Source of the DNA: a virus
Lineage: Duplodnaviria > Caudoviricetes
Reading direction: 5' to 3' (one strand)
Virus record (IMG/VR): IMGVR_UViG_3300025902_000014
Span: 32,314-96,313 of that record
DNA length: 64,000 nt
This document shows, piece by piece, positions 8,740 through 17,568 of this stretch (position 1 is the first letter of the stretch; every line of letters begins with the position of its first letter). The notes below the pieces were generated by a model. It was not told the origin of the DNA. It did no database searches and saw only the letters and a program-made list of their open reading frames with translations. The translations under genes were made by a program, and so were the position numbers.

Positions 8740-9301
8740 ACTTCCGAAGTTCAAGGGTTCGGTGCAGGTCTACGACTCCGGGCTGCGGGAGTTCGAGGAG
8801 ATCGCTCGGAAAGAGCCGTTCACCATCCTCTACTTGGAGGGGTACATCGGGTCGCCGATCATCTCGCTGGTCCTGCGCGGCCCGGTGACGATCACGGCGT
8901 ACTGCGGGGTGCCCCCGGACATGCTGTTGGCGGAGAGGTTCTCCGCCCCCTACGACGAGCTGAACAACTACATCGAGTCGGCCCACGGGGGTCTGACGTT
9001 CTCGGGCAAGCACGAGCTGGCCTTGGTGGAGTTCGCCCCGTTCATGAACTACCACTTCTGGGGCTGGGACTACGGGCACGCAGGGGACGCCACGATGTTG
9101 CGGTTTGATCTGGCCGACATGGCTAACCCCAAGCTGGCCTTCCTGTCTCACGGGAAGAAGTGGACCCTTCCGGAAGTGCTTTCGGAGACTCGGGAGGTGG
9201 CCATCGAGCTACACTCTTACGTCATGGGGGTCGAAGAGCTGGCGACGGATTCCCGGCACCGTCACCCCGGGATGCTCCCGAAGCTGGGAGGTGGCAGGTG
9301 A
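8720..9301 (+). CDS. hypothetical phage protein
   Basis: AHGGLTFS...WGWDYGHAGD motif. Confidence 0.65.
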   Translation: MILLPPELPKFKGSVQVYDSGLREFEEIARKEPFTILYLEGYIGSPIISLVLRGPVTITAYCGVPPDMLLAERFSAPYDELNNYIESAHGGLTFSGKHELALVEFAPFMNYHFWGWDYGHAGDATMLRFDLADMANPKLAFLSHGKKWTLPEVLSETREVAIELHSYVMGVEELATDSRHRHPGMLPKLGGGR

Positions 9302-9876
9302 TTCACGATCCGTTGGACGACCTGATCCGCAGAGACGACCTGATCCGCAGAAGCGCAGCGTGGGGGACGAAGAAGGTCGGGGAGGAGTTCGACCGGGCAC
9401 GGGACATCGTGCTCGGGAAGATCCCGCCCTCGCGTCCGACCGACCCGGAGAAGCACATGCGCGATTCCGTGGTGGCCATGATGGCTGCCATTGGATCGGC
9501 CAAGCCCCCCGACCTCTCCTCGGCCCGGATCAAGGATCTCAAGGCGAAGGTTCGCAAGGTCATCTCCGGGGCGGAGAAGGAACTTCCGGCCGAGCCGGAG
9601 GACTCTCCTGCCTTGAAGGTGGCCCGGGAGCTGAGGAAGAAGCTGGCCAAGAGTGCCCCGCCCTCTCGGCCCTCTGCCGGGCGCATCCTCGCTGGGGCGG
9701 AAGACGAGCCTCTGGGTGGACGTCCGCAGGTTCGGTCCCGGGCGCGGGACAAGGCGGAGGCGGCGGCCGAGGCCCGGATCTCCGAGGAGTTCACCGTGTC
9801 CGAGCAGCTCGGACCGCTCCGGAATTCCCTCTACAACGAGAGGTATCTTCGGGTGGAGATGCCTGTTGACTCCTGA
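9298..9876 (+). CDS. hypothetical protein
   Basis: GGAGGT SD; GTGA coupling. Confidence 0.55.
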   Translation: MIHDPLDDLIRRDDLIRRSAAWGTKKVGEEFDRARDIVLGKIPPSRPTDPEKHMRDSVVAMMAAIGSAKPPDLSSARIKDLKAKVRKVISGAEKELPAEPEDSPALKVARELRKKLAKSAPPSRPSAGRILAGAEDEPLGGRPQVRSRARDKAEAAAEARISEEFTVSEQLGPLRNSLYNERYLRVEMPVDS

Positions 9877-10306
9877 CCCGCAGCACCGCACGACCCTCGT
9901 TCTGGCCCGGGATTTCGGTGTCTCGTATTTCGTCGAGACTCCGTTTCTTCATGTTCATTACTGCTTCTTGGATTCGGAAGCTGAGGCTGTTGGGTACACG
10001 GCCCACGAGTTCTGCTGTCACCTCTGCGGGAAGTCCCTTCTCGTGTTTGCGGACTTCCGGAAGCTGGAGGACTCGGACGAGTTCGGGGTGTCGCATGAAG
10101 ACCAGATCCAGATGAGCTGGCTCTTCACCCGATTCTCCCGGGAGCATCAGCCTTGTCACATGACAGGCCCCCCGGGGCAGAGCCAGATGTACCGGGAGGT
10201 GTTCGAGGCCGCTCTGGACGCTGGAGACGACGACGTCTTCTGTTCTGAGACCCGAACCCAGAAGGCCACCCGCGATCTTCGGACGGTGGAGGTTCTCCCA
10301 CAGTAG
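9866..10306 (+). CDS. hypothetical protein
   Basis: Overlapping ORF; start uncertain. Confidence 0.45.
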   Translation: MTPDPQHRTTLVLARDFGVSYFVETPFLHVHYCFLDSEAEAVGYTAHEFCCHLCGKSLLVFADFRKLEDSDEFGVSHEDQIQMSWLFTRFSREHQPCHMTGPPGQSQMYREVFEAALDAGDDDVFCSETRTQKATRDLRTVEVLPQ

Positions 10307-10330
10307 ATTCATACAGGATCTTCCTCCGCC

Positions 10331-10336
10331 ACTATC
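10331..10336 (+). promoter_or_regulatory. candidate late promoter box ACTATC
   Basis: 15 nt before ATG 10352; same motif at a similar distance before 10 other genes. Confidence 0.55.
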
Positions 10337-10351
10337 GGGGGGAGGCTCTGC

Positions 10352-11326
10352 ATGAACACGGACTGGTTCAGCATCGTTCCGGAGAGCTACATGGATTCGC
10401 AGGGCGATCCGCAGGTGACTCCGTCTCTGCCTGCGCTCTCGGACTTCCGGCTGACGTGGTACGCCCCGGATCTTCCTGCCGTCGCGGCTCCTGTTCCGGT
10501 CCCGGCTGACGACCTCGTTCTGGAGTACGCCTCGGAAGCCATCAAGGCGTTCCGGGGGGACGATCCCGGGGACACCATCGTTCGGTTCCGGGGACTTCCG
10601 TTCTCCGCCACTCGGATGCTCCTACTGGTGGAGTGGGAGGTGGACAACGCCACCCCCCTCATCCCCCTGATCTCCGGGGCGACCGTCGGCGGGCAGTCGG
10701 AAGAGGTGAACGTCCTGTACGGGCTCCTCGCGGCCACCCCGGGCCTGACCCCGGTCCACTTCGACTTCCGGGAGGCTGGGTCGGGTGACCCGGTCGGCGG
10801 GGTCGAGATCACCGTCTGGGACGACACCCTCGACGTTCCCCTCATCCCCCTCCTGCGGACGACGGTCGGCGGCCGGGCCACCTGTGGGCTTCCCCCGGGG
10901 GCGTACAAGGTTTTCGCCTACAAGCCCTACTCGTCCTTCACGGATGAGTTCCCGGTGCCCCTGACGGTCGGGGCGGACGTGGTCACCCTGTCCATGACCC
11001 TCTCTCAGGCCCGCCCGGCCCTCCCGGTGGTTCCGAAGGTGACGGTCTTCGGCTGGGTGCTCCGGCCCGACTTCGTTCCCGTTCCGGAGGCGGAGGTCAA
11101 GCTCCGACTTCTCAACACCCCCCAGATGTCCAACGGGGGAGGCGGCCTCACCCGGTTCGAGATCACGGCGTTCACGGACGCCGAGGGGCGCTTCGAGCTG
11201 TACCCCATCGGGGGCATCACGGCTCTCCTGACGTGTGAGGCGACGGGGTACTCCCGGAAGGGTGCTCTCCCCCTCAGCGGTTCCCTGAACTGGAAAGATT
11301 TCGCGAAGGAAACGATCGGAGCATAG
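10352..11326 (+). CDS. putative virion protein with two carboxypeptidase-regulatory/Ig-like domains
   Basis: VGGVEITVW...LPPGAYKV and VPEAEVKL...TDAEGRFEL. Confidence 0.6.
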   Translation: MNTDWFSIVPESYMDSQGDPQVTPSLPALSDFRLTWYAPDLPAVAAPVPVPADDLVLEYASEAIKAFRGDDPGDTIVRFRGLPFSATRMLLLVEWEVDNATPLIPLISGATVGGQSEEVNVLYGLLAATPGLTPVHFDFREAGSGDPVGGVEITVWDDTLDVPLIPLLRTTVGGRATCGLPPGAYKVFAYKPYSSFTDEFPVPLTVGADVVTLSMTLSQARPALPVVPKVTVFGWVLRPDFVPVPEAEVKLRLLNTPQMSNGGGGLTRFEITAFTDAEGRFELYPIGGITALLTCEATGYSRKGALPLSGSLNWKDFAKETIGA

Positions 11327-11327
11327 G

Positions 11328-11702
11328 ATGAAGCATTTCGCAGATCAGTTGTTCGAGTCTCTGGACGAGGGGGTGGACCCCAAGTTCAAGTCCGATCTGG
11401 AAAACCTCAAGAGGTACTTGGTCGGGATGGTCGGACAGTTCCACGTTTCGGACTTCGCGGGAGAGTTCAAGCGTATGGGAGACGACGCTCATGCGTGCCT
11501 CGTCATGGCCGAGAAGCTCGAAAAGCATCCCGGGCGACTGCTTCCCGGCGACATCGTGGGGGGCGTGCAGGAGAAGGTCCACGTGGCGGCGGCGACGTAC
11601 GTCAAGCTCGGGGCCGAGATTCGCGAAGTGGACGCGCTCCTTCAGAAGATGAAGGCCAACCTCGCGAAGGCGGTCAACCGGCAGGAGACCACGGAGTCAT
11701 GA
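11328..11702 (+). CDS. leader-family protein (putative head cargo)
   Basis: N-terminus MKHFADQLFESLDE. Confidence 0.65.
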   Translation: MKHFADQLFESLDEGVDPKFKSDLENLKRYLVGMVGQFHVSDFAGEFKRMGDDAHACLVMAEKLEKHPGRLLPGDIVGGVQEKVHVAAATYVKLGAEIREVDALLQKMKANLAKAVNRQETTES

Positions 11703-12409
11703 AGTTCACCGAGGCTGAGCAGTTCCGCATCCAGTGCATCGTGGAGTCCCTCTTCGTCGAGGGGGTCTTCGACCCGGCGATCTTCAAGGCGTTCTTCATG
11801 GCCGGAGGTCCGGGGTCTGGGAAGTCCTTCGTTTCCCGGGCGGTCACGGGCGGCCATGGCCTCGTGACCGTCAACTCCGACACGGCGTTCGAGATCCTCC
11901 TCAAGAAGGCTGGGATGTCCCTGAAGCTCGACACCCTTGACCCGGCGGAGTACGGGGCCGTCCGGGCGCACGCAGGGGATCTGACGAAGGTGCGGCAGCA
12001 TCACTGGGTCAACGAGCGGCTGGGAATGGTCATCGACGGAACGGGGCGGGAAGCCTCGAAGATCGAGCATCAGAAGCACGCTCTCGAACAGCTCGGGTAC
12101 GACACGTACATGATCTTTGTGAACACCTCGCTGGAGGTGGCCCTCTCCCGGAACGCGCAGCGGGATCGCACTGTCCCGGAGCACGTCGTCCGGGAAGCGT
12201 GGCAGCACGTGCAGGACAACATCCCGGCTTTCCGGTCCATGTTCGGTGGGCACTTCTACGTAGTCGAGAACAACGGTCCCAATCAGGATCTTCTCGACCT
12301 CGCGTCGAAGTGGGTCCGCTCGCTCGTGAACACCCCGCCCCAGAACCCCATCGCCAAGAAGTGGATCGCCGACCGGGGAGGCACCGGGGCCATCGCCAAG
12401 TGGAGCTAG
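11699..12409 (+). CDS. P-loop kinase (zeta-toxin/AAA_33-like) with leader motif
   Basis: IVESLFVEG followed by FMAGGPGSGKS, VIDGTG, RNAQRDR. Confidence 0.8.
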   Translation: MKFTEAEQFRIQCIVESLFVEGVFDPAIFKAFFMAGGPGSGKSFVSRAVTGGHGLVTVNSDTAFEILLKKAGMSLKLDTLDPAEYGAVRAHAGDLTKVRQHHWVNERLGMVIDGTGREASKIEHQKHALEQLGYDTYMIFVNTSLEVALSRNAQRDRTVPEHVVREAWQHVQDNIPAFRSMFGGHFYVVENNGPNQDLLDLASKWVRSLVNTPPQNPIAKKWIADRGGTGAIAKWS

Positions 12410-12417
12410 GAGGAGAG

Positions 12418-12603
12418 ATGCCGTACGAAGTCCTGACCGTGTACCTCGACCTGTTCACCCGCGAGGGCTGCCTCGAATTCAAGCGGCTCTGCGAGGTCGA
12501 GGGTTGGCGGCTCCTGTGGCAGGAGCAGGTTCTGAGGAACGACGGGAAGACGGACTTCTCGTCCCACCTCGTCCACTTCCACCGTGGCGGAGAAGTGAAA
12601 TGA
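12418..12603 (+). CDS. hypothetical protein
   Basis: AGGAGGAG SD. Confidence 0.55.
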   Translation: MPYEVLTVYLDLFTREGCLEFKRLCEVEGWRLLWQEQVLRNDGKTDFSSHLVHFHRGGEVK

Positions 12604-12845
12604 AGATCACGACGAAGCTCGTCGAGTCCATCGTGGAGTTCGACCTGCCCGCTTTGACCCCCAAGCAGGAGCTGGAGAACCGGGTCCGGGACATCTTCCA
12701 CATTCATCGCGGGGAGATGACGGATCAGGACGTCAAGTGGCAGCTCAAGACGAAGGCCATGCGCGACGTTCTCGCGGCGCTGGTCAAGGACAAGATCGTG
12801 CTCAAGCGCGGGGGCAAGTACGTGTGGCCCGACATGCGGCACTGA
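12600..12845 (+). CDS. leader-family protein, winged-helix-like body
   Basis: MKITTKLVESIVE. Confidence 0.65.
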   Translation: MKITTKLVESIVEFDLPALTPKQELENRVRDIFHIHRGEMTDQDVKWQLKTKAMRDVLAALVKDKIVLKRGGKYVWPDMRH

Positions 12846-12855
12846 CATTTCTAGC

Positions 12856-12883
12856 TTGACAGTTTGAGACTTTCTGATAGAGT
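12856..12883 (+). promoter_or_regulatory. sigma70-type promoter, leaderless
   Basis: TTGACA-16-TAGAGT, then 6 nt to ATG at 12890. Confidence 0.65.
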
Positions 12884-12889
12884 AGAGCC

Positions 12890-13198
12890 ATGAGAGTGAA
12901 GACGAACCTGACCGAGAAGTTCCTCCCCGATCGCGGGGATCTCCACCCCATCGTTCACTCGAACGGGTCGGGCAAGGCGAACCTTCTCGCGTGGGCTGAG
13001 CACTGCGAGAGTGCTCTGGCGGACGCTCTCACGGCCCTGCACTACGCCGGGGCTCCCCACCAGCGTGACTACTACATCGAAGGCCCCGAGGCATGGAACA
13101 AGGCCAAGAAGGGGTTCGAGGACCGGGTCAAGGCTGTCGCCGAGGTCCACGACTTCTACAGGGATCTGATCGACTACCTGCACACGGTGAAAGGTTGA
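12890..13198 (+). CDS. leader-family protein
   Basis: MRVKTNLTE. Confidence 0.7.
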   Translation: MRVKTNLTEKFLPDRGDLHPIVHSNGSGKANLLAWAEHCESALADALTALHYAGAPHQRDYYIEGPEAWNKAKKGFEDRVKAVAEVHDFYRDLIDYLHTVKG

Positions 13199-13200
13199 CC

Positions 13201-13515
13201 ATGAAAATCAGGACGAACCTGACCGAGGCCCTCGTTGAGGGGCGCGATCTTCCAATCCGATACACCGTCAACCTGACCGCTCCGGGGATGCACTACACCC
13301 CGATGCAGTGGCGGACTCGGCCGCAGGGACAGATCCCGTCCTACGGTGCGCCGACTAACGCCAACCTCGCAAAGTTCATGGCCAAGTTCCTCGAAACCAT
13401 GAAGCCGGGTGGTCACAGCGCTCATCTGGGGGATAAGGGTATTCCTACCCGTGCGACCATCATGGACCACGACACGGGGCAGGTCGTCGCTTCGTGGATA
13501 AATCCGGAGCACTAA
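13201..13515 (+). CDS. leader-family protein
   Basis: MKIRTNLTEALVE. Confidence 0.7.
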   Translation: MKIRTNLTEALVEGRDLPIRYTVNLTAPGMHYTPMQWRTRPQGQIPSYGAPTNANLAKFMAKFLETMKPGGHSAHLGDKGIPTRATIMDHDTGQVVASWINPEH

Positions 13516-13516
13516 G

Positions 13517-13783
13517 ATGAAGGTCAAGACACGTCTCACCGAGGCGCTCACCGAGAGCAACCCGAACGACATGTTCGCCGGGCTCAGCAAGCCCTTCAAG
13601 GGGCTCAAGGCCGGGGACACGGTGTACTTCAAGCAGTACGCCGGGATGGGCCGGGGTGGCCCCGAGTACAGGACCGCCAAGGGCAAGGTGCTGAAGTACC
13701 TCGTCTTCCCCGACCACGTCATGGTCTCGGGGGGCTGGGCGGGTCAGCTCGTCAACGACGAGAACTTCATCAAGAAGGGCTGA
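13517..13783 (+). CDS. leader-family protein
   Basis: MKVKTRLTEALTE. Confidence 0.7.
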   Translation: MKVKTRLTEALTESNPNDMFAGLSKPFKGLKAGDTVYFKQYAGMGRGGPEYRTAKGKVLKYLVFPDHVMVSGGWAGQLVNDENFIKKG

Positions 13784-13785
13784 AC

Positions 13786-14121
13786 ATGAAGGTCACCACC
13801 CAGCTCGCCGAATCTCTCACCGAGGCCGAGGGAAAAGAGGTCTTCCCGCACACCTTGGTCCAGCCGATCGCCCAGCGTCTGGCATCGGCCGCGCCCCTCC
13901 CCGGCCAGCGGAACACGGCCGTGATGCCGCTCGTGGGGATGCTCAAGCCCGGCGGACAGTGGTACCGGGACATCCCGTGGACCGTGATCGAGGGTGTGGC
14001 GAAGAAGCTGGCCATGAAGGAGTACGCCGGGCCGGGGCAGAGCGTGTCCCTCGCTTTGGCGCTGGCGCGGATCTCCATGATCTGGCAGGACGTCTACCAC
14101 AAGTGGCAGAGCGGGGCGTAG
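13786..14121 (+). CDS. leader-family protein
   Basis: MKVTTQLAESLTE. Confidence 0.7.
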   Translation: MKVTTQLAESLTEAEGKEVFPHTLVQPIAQRLASAAPLPGQRNTAVMPLVGMLKPGGQWYRDIPWTVIEGVAKKLAMKEYAGPGQSVSLALALARISMIWQDVYHKWQSGA

Positions 14122-14131
14122 GAGGCCGGTG

Positions 14132-14443
14132 ATGCGCGTCTCGACCCGCCTGACTGAAACCCTCGTCGAGGCCGCCCCGATCGGGGGGAGCTTCCCGTCC
14201 CGGGTGCTCCACGACACGGAGCCCCTCGGGGGCAAGTACGTGCTGTTGGTTCTCTGGGACAAGGGCGACAAGGGAGCCTACGTCTTCGGCGGGCCGGACA
14301 TGATGGCCCACGCCGGGGGCAACGCACGCGCCGGGAACGCCCGGTCGATCGCCTACACGAAGAAGCTCCCGAAGCAGACCGTCGGGGAGTTCAAGGCCAA
14401 GCTCGCCGGATCGAAGTACGCCGGAGCGGAGGTTCACGCATGA
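14132..14443 (+). CDS. leader-family protein
   Basis: MRVSTRLTETLVE. Confidence 0.7.
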   Translation: MRVSTRLTETLVEAAPIGGSFPSRVLHDTEPLGGKYVLLVLWDKGDKGAYVFGGPDMMAHAGGNARAGNARSIAYTKKLPKQTVGEFKAKLAGSKYAGAEVHA

Positions 14444-14670
14444 AGGTCACGACGAACCTGACCGAGGCCCTGACTGAAGCTCCCCGGAAGTGGAAGCGGG
14501 GGCAGTCCGAGGTCTTCAAGGACAAGGGCATCGTGGTCCAGTGGCTCCCCGCGAATCAGGCATGGTTCGTCGGGTTCGGCCGCGACCCCCAGACCGCCAG
14601 CCGCCTCCGGGTCATCAGCGACCCGGTCGAGCTGGACGACTACCTCCGGGTGGACCTGAAGCTCTACTGA
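14440..14670 (+). CDS. leader-family protein
   Basis: MKVTTNLTEALTE. Confidence 0.7.
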   Translation: MKVTTNLTEALTEAPRKWKRGQSEVFKDKGIVVQWLPANQAWFVGFGRDPQTASRLRVISDPVELDDYLRVDLKLY

Positions 14671-14681
14671 GCTGACTCGCA

Positions 14682-14720
14682 AGTTCTAGATTGACAGGTC
14701 TAGAACTCTCGTGGTAGCCT
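14682..14720 (+). promoter_or_regulatory. sigma70-type promoter with a 9-bp inverted repeat flanking the -35
   Basis: AGTTCTAGA-TTGACAGG-TCTAGAACT; TTGACA-18-TAGCCT. Confidence 0.65.
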
Positions 14721-14742
14721 TCCCTTGGTTGGAGGTACCGAT

Positions 14743-15159
14743 ATGACGAACCCCAATGTTCTGGTGGCCACCCTGCTGGAGTCCGAAAAGCTCCTCGCGG
14801 CTCTCACGACTTCGGCCGAGGCAGTCGGCCTGAAGCTCTCCCCGAAGCTCGTCCCGAGGACCGACCTCGACGACGAGCACATCTCGGTGGACGAGAACAC
14901 CCTCGTGGACATCTACCCCGCCGGAGTCGAGGTCCGAACGCTCTCCGGAAGCATCCACGTTCCGGGCTACGTGGTCACGACGACCAACGTCATCCCGGCC
15001 TCCCGGTGGGTGCCCGAAGACGCCGACATCACGGACGAGATCGTCACCCGGAGCATCTCCGAGGCTGTCCACGTCGCCCTCGGATGCGTGCTCAACAGGC
15101 GACTCGAAGAGTTCATCATGGCGAGTTCGGAGGCAGGACTCGCTGAGGAGGGTGAATGA
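14743..15159 (+). CDS. hypothetical protein
   Basis: GGAGGT SD. Confidence 0.65.
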   Translation: MTNPNVLVATLLESEKLLAALTTSAEAVGLKLSPKLVPRTDLDDEHISVDENTLVDIYPAGVEVRTLSGSIHVPGYVVTTTNVIPASRWVPEDADITDEIVTRSISEAVHVALGCVLNRRLEEFIMASSEAGLAEEGE

Positions 15160-15200
15160 GGTACTGCTAGTCACCTCGCAGCACACACCCCAAGGATACG

Positions 15201-15231
15201 CAGGCCCCCCGTGAGGGGGGCTTGTCGTTTT
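15201..15231 (+). terminator. intrinsic terminator
   Basis: CAGGCCCCCC-GTGA-GGGGGGCTTG followed by a T run. Confidence 0.7.
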
Positions 15232-15235
15232 ATGC

Positions 15236-15304
15236 TTGACAGGATAAGCCTACTTCTGGTATCTTCTGGGTGTGGGCGAGACGCCCCGAAGAAAGCGAGA
15301 AACG
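15236..15304 (+). promoter_or_regulatory. sigma70-type promoter plus conserved 5' hairpin leader
   Basis: TTGACA-18-TATCTT; GTGGGC-loop-GCCCCGAAGAAAG starts at +1. Confidence 0.7.
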
Positions 15305-15307
15305 AAA

Positions 15308-15661
15308 ATGACCAAGCCCGCCGCCGCCCCCACGACCACGGTCCGGAACGCCACGACCTACAAGTACGAGGAGATCCCGGTGGTCGTCGGAATGGGCGTG
15401 ACCGAGTCCTGCGGCTCCGACGCCTACCCCTACGAGGTCATCGAGATCCGCACGGCGGGCAAGATCATCGTCCGCTCGATGAACGCGGAGAACGGCCCCG
15501 GTGGCCAGCCCTACTCCGGGATCGAGAACTGGATCATCACCTCGAACCCCGAGGGGCGGATCGAGACCCTCCGCAAGGGCAAGGACGGGCGCTGGAAGGC
15601 CGCCTGCGGCACCCGCTACTACGTCGGGCACGCCTCCCGCCACCACGACCCGCACTTCTAA
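15308..15661 (+). CDS. hypothetical phage protein
   Basis: VGMGVT...GSDAYPYEV...HHDPHF. Confidence 0.7.
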   Translation: MTKPAAAPTTTVRNATTYKYEEIPVVVGMGVTESCGSDAYPYEVIEIRTAGKIIVRSMNAENGPGGQPYSGIENWIITSNPEGRIETLRKGKDGRWKAACGTRYYVGHASRHHDPHF

Positions 15662-15686
15662 CCCCGGGCCTCCTCCGAGAAACTCT

Positions 15687-15717
15687 TCAAGCCCCCGCGA
15701 GGGGGCTTGACTGTTTT
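15687..15717 (+). terminator. intrinsic terminator overlapping the next -35
   Basis: TCAAGCCCCC-GCGA-GGGGGCTTGA-CTGTTTT. Confidence 0.65.
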
Positions 15718-15772
15718 AGCTTGTTCGTGCTAGATTACGGGTGTGGGCGAGAGAGCCCCGAAGAAAGCGAGA
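15707..15772 (+). promoter_or_regulatory. sigma70-type promoter plus conserved 5' hairpin leader
   Basis: TTGACT-18-TAGATT; GTGGGC...GCCCCGAAGAAAG. Confidence 0.7.
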
Positions 15773-15776
15773 CGCC

Positions 15777-16109
15777 ATGAAACTCCTCACCGCCGCCACG
15801 ACCAAAGCCTTCCAGAAGTTCCCGCTTCGCTCGCAGGAGGGCAAGTTCTTCGAGGCCAAGGTGGTCGCGAAGTTCTTCATGCCGTCCGGGCGCTTCACCT
15901 TCCTCGCCACGGAGGGGTCGCCCCTCCCGAACGGGGACTTCGAGTTCTTCGGGTTCTGCGTCTCCGCCCTCGGCTCGGACTGCGACGAGTGGGGCTACAC
16001 GACCCTCTCCCAGCTCAAGTCGGCCAAGGGGATGTTCGGGCTCGGGATGGAGCGAGACCTGAGCGTGGCCCCCGGGAAGCGCACCGCCGGTTCCCTCCTC
16101 GGGATCTAG
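15777..16109 (+). CDS. DUF2958-like protein
   Basis: VVAKFFMPSGRFTFLATE...FFGF...EWGYTTLSQL...MERDL. Confidence 0.7.
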   Translation: MKLLTAATTKAFQKFPLRSQEGKFFEAKVVAKFFMPSGRFTFLATEGSPLPNGDFEFFGFCVSALGSDCDEWGYTTLSQLKSAKGMFGLGMERDLSVAPGKRTAGSLLGI

Positions 16110-16123
16110 GAAGAAGGGATAAC

Positions 16124-16549
16124 ATGGGATACCTGACGAACGCCATTCGACTCGCTTCCCTCGCACACGCTGAGCAGGTCGATAAGGCCGGTCAACCGTA
16201 TGTGTTTCATGTGTTGAGGGTCATGCTCTCCCCGACGCTGACCACCGAGGCCGAGCGAATCGTCGCGGTCCTCCACGACCTCAAGGAAGATCAGATCCAC
16301 CTCTGGCCCGCCGTCGTCCGACAGTACGGCTGGAGCCCCGAGATCATGGCCGGGCTCGACGGGATCACGTGGCGGCCGGAAGAGACGTGGAAGGCGTACC
16401 TGATCCGGGCCAAGGCCAACCCGATCTCCCGGAAGGTCAAGCTCGCCGACATGACCGACAACCTCCGGGGGGTGCCGAACGCCACGAGGGTGGACGAGAG
16501 GCGCACCGAGAAGTACAGGAAGGGCATCAAGTTCCTGATGGCTGACTAA
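16124..16549 (+). CDS. HD-domain phosphohydrolase (SpoT/Mesh1-like single domain)
   Basis: AHAEQVDKAGQPYVFH...AVLHD...VKLADMTDN. Confidence 0.8.
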   Translation: MGYLTNAIRLASLAHAEQVDKAGQPYVFHVLRVMLSPTLTTEAERIVAVLHDLKEDQIHLWPAVVRQYGWSPEIMAGLDGITWRPEETWKAYLIRAKANPISRKVKLADMTDNLRGVPNATRVDERRTEKYRKGIKFLMAD

Positions 16550-16693
16550 CCGCCCACCCGGGTTCGGGGACGATGAAGCTGGCCGGGCATCCGGTCGGTG
16601 GAGAAACCGAGTCAAGCCCGGCGAAGGCCGCTGGAACGGCAGCACACCCGCCCGCCCGGTCCGTTCAACCGGCGGCATGTTGAGGAGGAAACC

Positions 16694-16948
16694 ATGGGGC
16701 TCTACGCGACGGAATGGGTGGTCCCGGGGACGGGGTCCACGAGACGGGAGCTGAAGGAAGCTCGGGAGCAGGCTCTCGGGACGAAGATCTCCCGGGATGA
16801 GTTCGACGACCGGAAGTCCCGGCTCCGGATCATCTCCCGGCCGGTCAAGGAGGACTTCGACCTCCTCCGGATCGAGGCCGCCCTGACCCAGTTCCCCGGG
16901 GATCTGGAAGAGTTCGGCCCTGAGAACGACGGTGAGGAGGACGTATGA
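16694..16948 (+). CDS. hypothetical protein
   Basis: GAGGAGG SD. Confidence 0.6.
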   Translation: MGLYATEWVVPGTGSTRRELKEAREQALGTKISRDEFDDRKSRLRIISRPVKEDFDLLRIEAALTQFPGDLEEFGPENDGEEDV

Positions 16949-17448
16949 AGCTGGCGAAGAAGAAGGCTCCGGTCAAGAAGAAGGTTCTGGTCAAGAAGGC
17001 CCCGGTCAAGAAGCCGAGCAAGGGGGTCTCGTTCACGGACTTCCCGACCCTCGGGGACATCATCACGCGGCTGGAAGTTCAAGCGATCAAGCTGCACGAG
17101 GCCGAGAAGAAACTCCGGCTCACCGAGGCGGCCCACCTCGCGTCTGTGGAACGGGAGAACGTCCTGACCCGGGATCTCGATACGGCCCGGGAGAAGGTGG
17201 CCGTCCTCGGGCGGGAAGTCCTCGACCTCAAGGCGTCCAAGACCCTGTTTCAGGCCCGGGTGAAGGAGCTGGAGAAGATCCGGAAGGTGACCGCCAAGGT
17301 TCCCGGGGTCAAGGCCCGGCTGGACATCCTCCTCGACGGGGACTTCCACCGGTACTTCCGGAACGTGGAGGCCGGGGGCAACAGCCTCCCCGACCTCACG
17401 ATCATCCTGAGAGAGCTTCAGAGCATCCGGGACGGCATCGCCGACTAG
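16945..17448 (+). CDS. coiled-coil protein with Lys-rich N-terminus
   Basis: KKAPVKK repeated twice, then heptads. Confidence 0.65.
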   Translation: MKLAKKKAPVKKKVLVKKAPVKKPSKGVSFTDFPTLGDIITRLEVQAIKLHEAEKKLRLTEAAHLASVERENVLTRDLDTAREKVAVLGREVLDLKASKTLFQARVKELEKIRKVTAKVPGVKARLDILLDGDFHRYFRNVEAGGNSLPDLTIILRELQSIRDGIAD

Positions 17449-17477
17449 GCTTTCCACTACCACACGGGATTCCAACC

Positions 17478-17499
17478 ACCCCCCGAAAGGGGGGTTTTT
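17478..17499 (+). terminator. intrinsic terminator
   Basis: ACCCCCC-GAAA-GGGGGGT-TTTT. Confidence 0.75.
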
Positions 17500-17568
17500 C
17501 GCGTTCATCCTCCTGAAAAACCAGCAGTTTTAGGCATGGCACTTCAAGAGGTTTCTCTATCGGGGTGC

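Noticed and set aside
12600-14670. CRISPR-like or integron attC array from the recurring leader DNA
   Set aside because: The repeats are degenerate at synonymous sites and are coding; there are no palindromic attC-like sites and no integrase.
15743-16549. 268-aa version of the HD protein
   Set aside because: The first 127 codons overlap the DUF2958-like gene in another frame; the SD and motifs favour ATG 16124.
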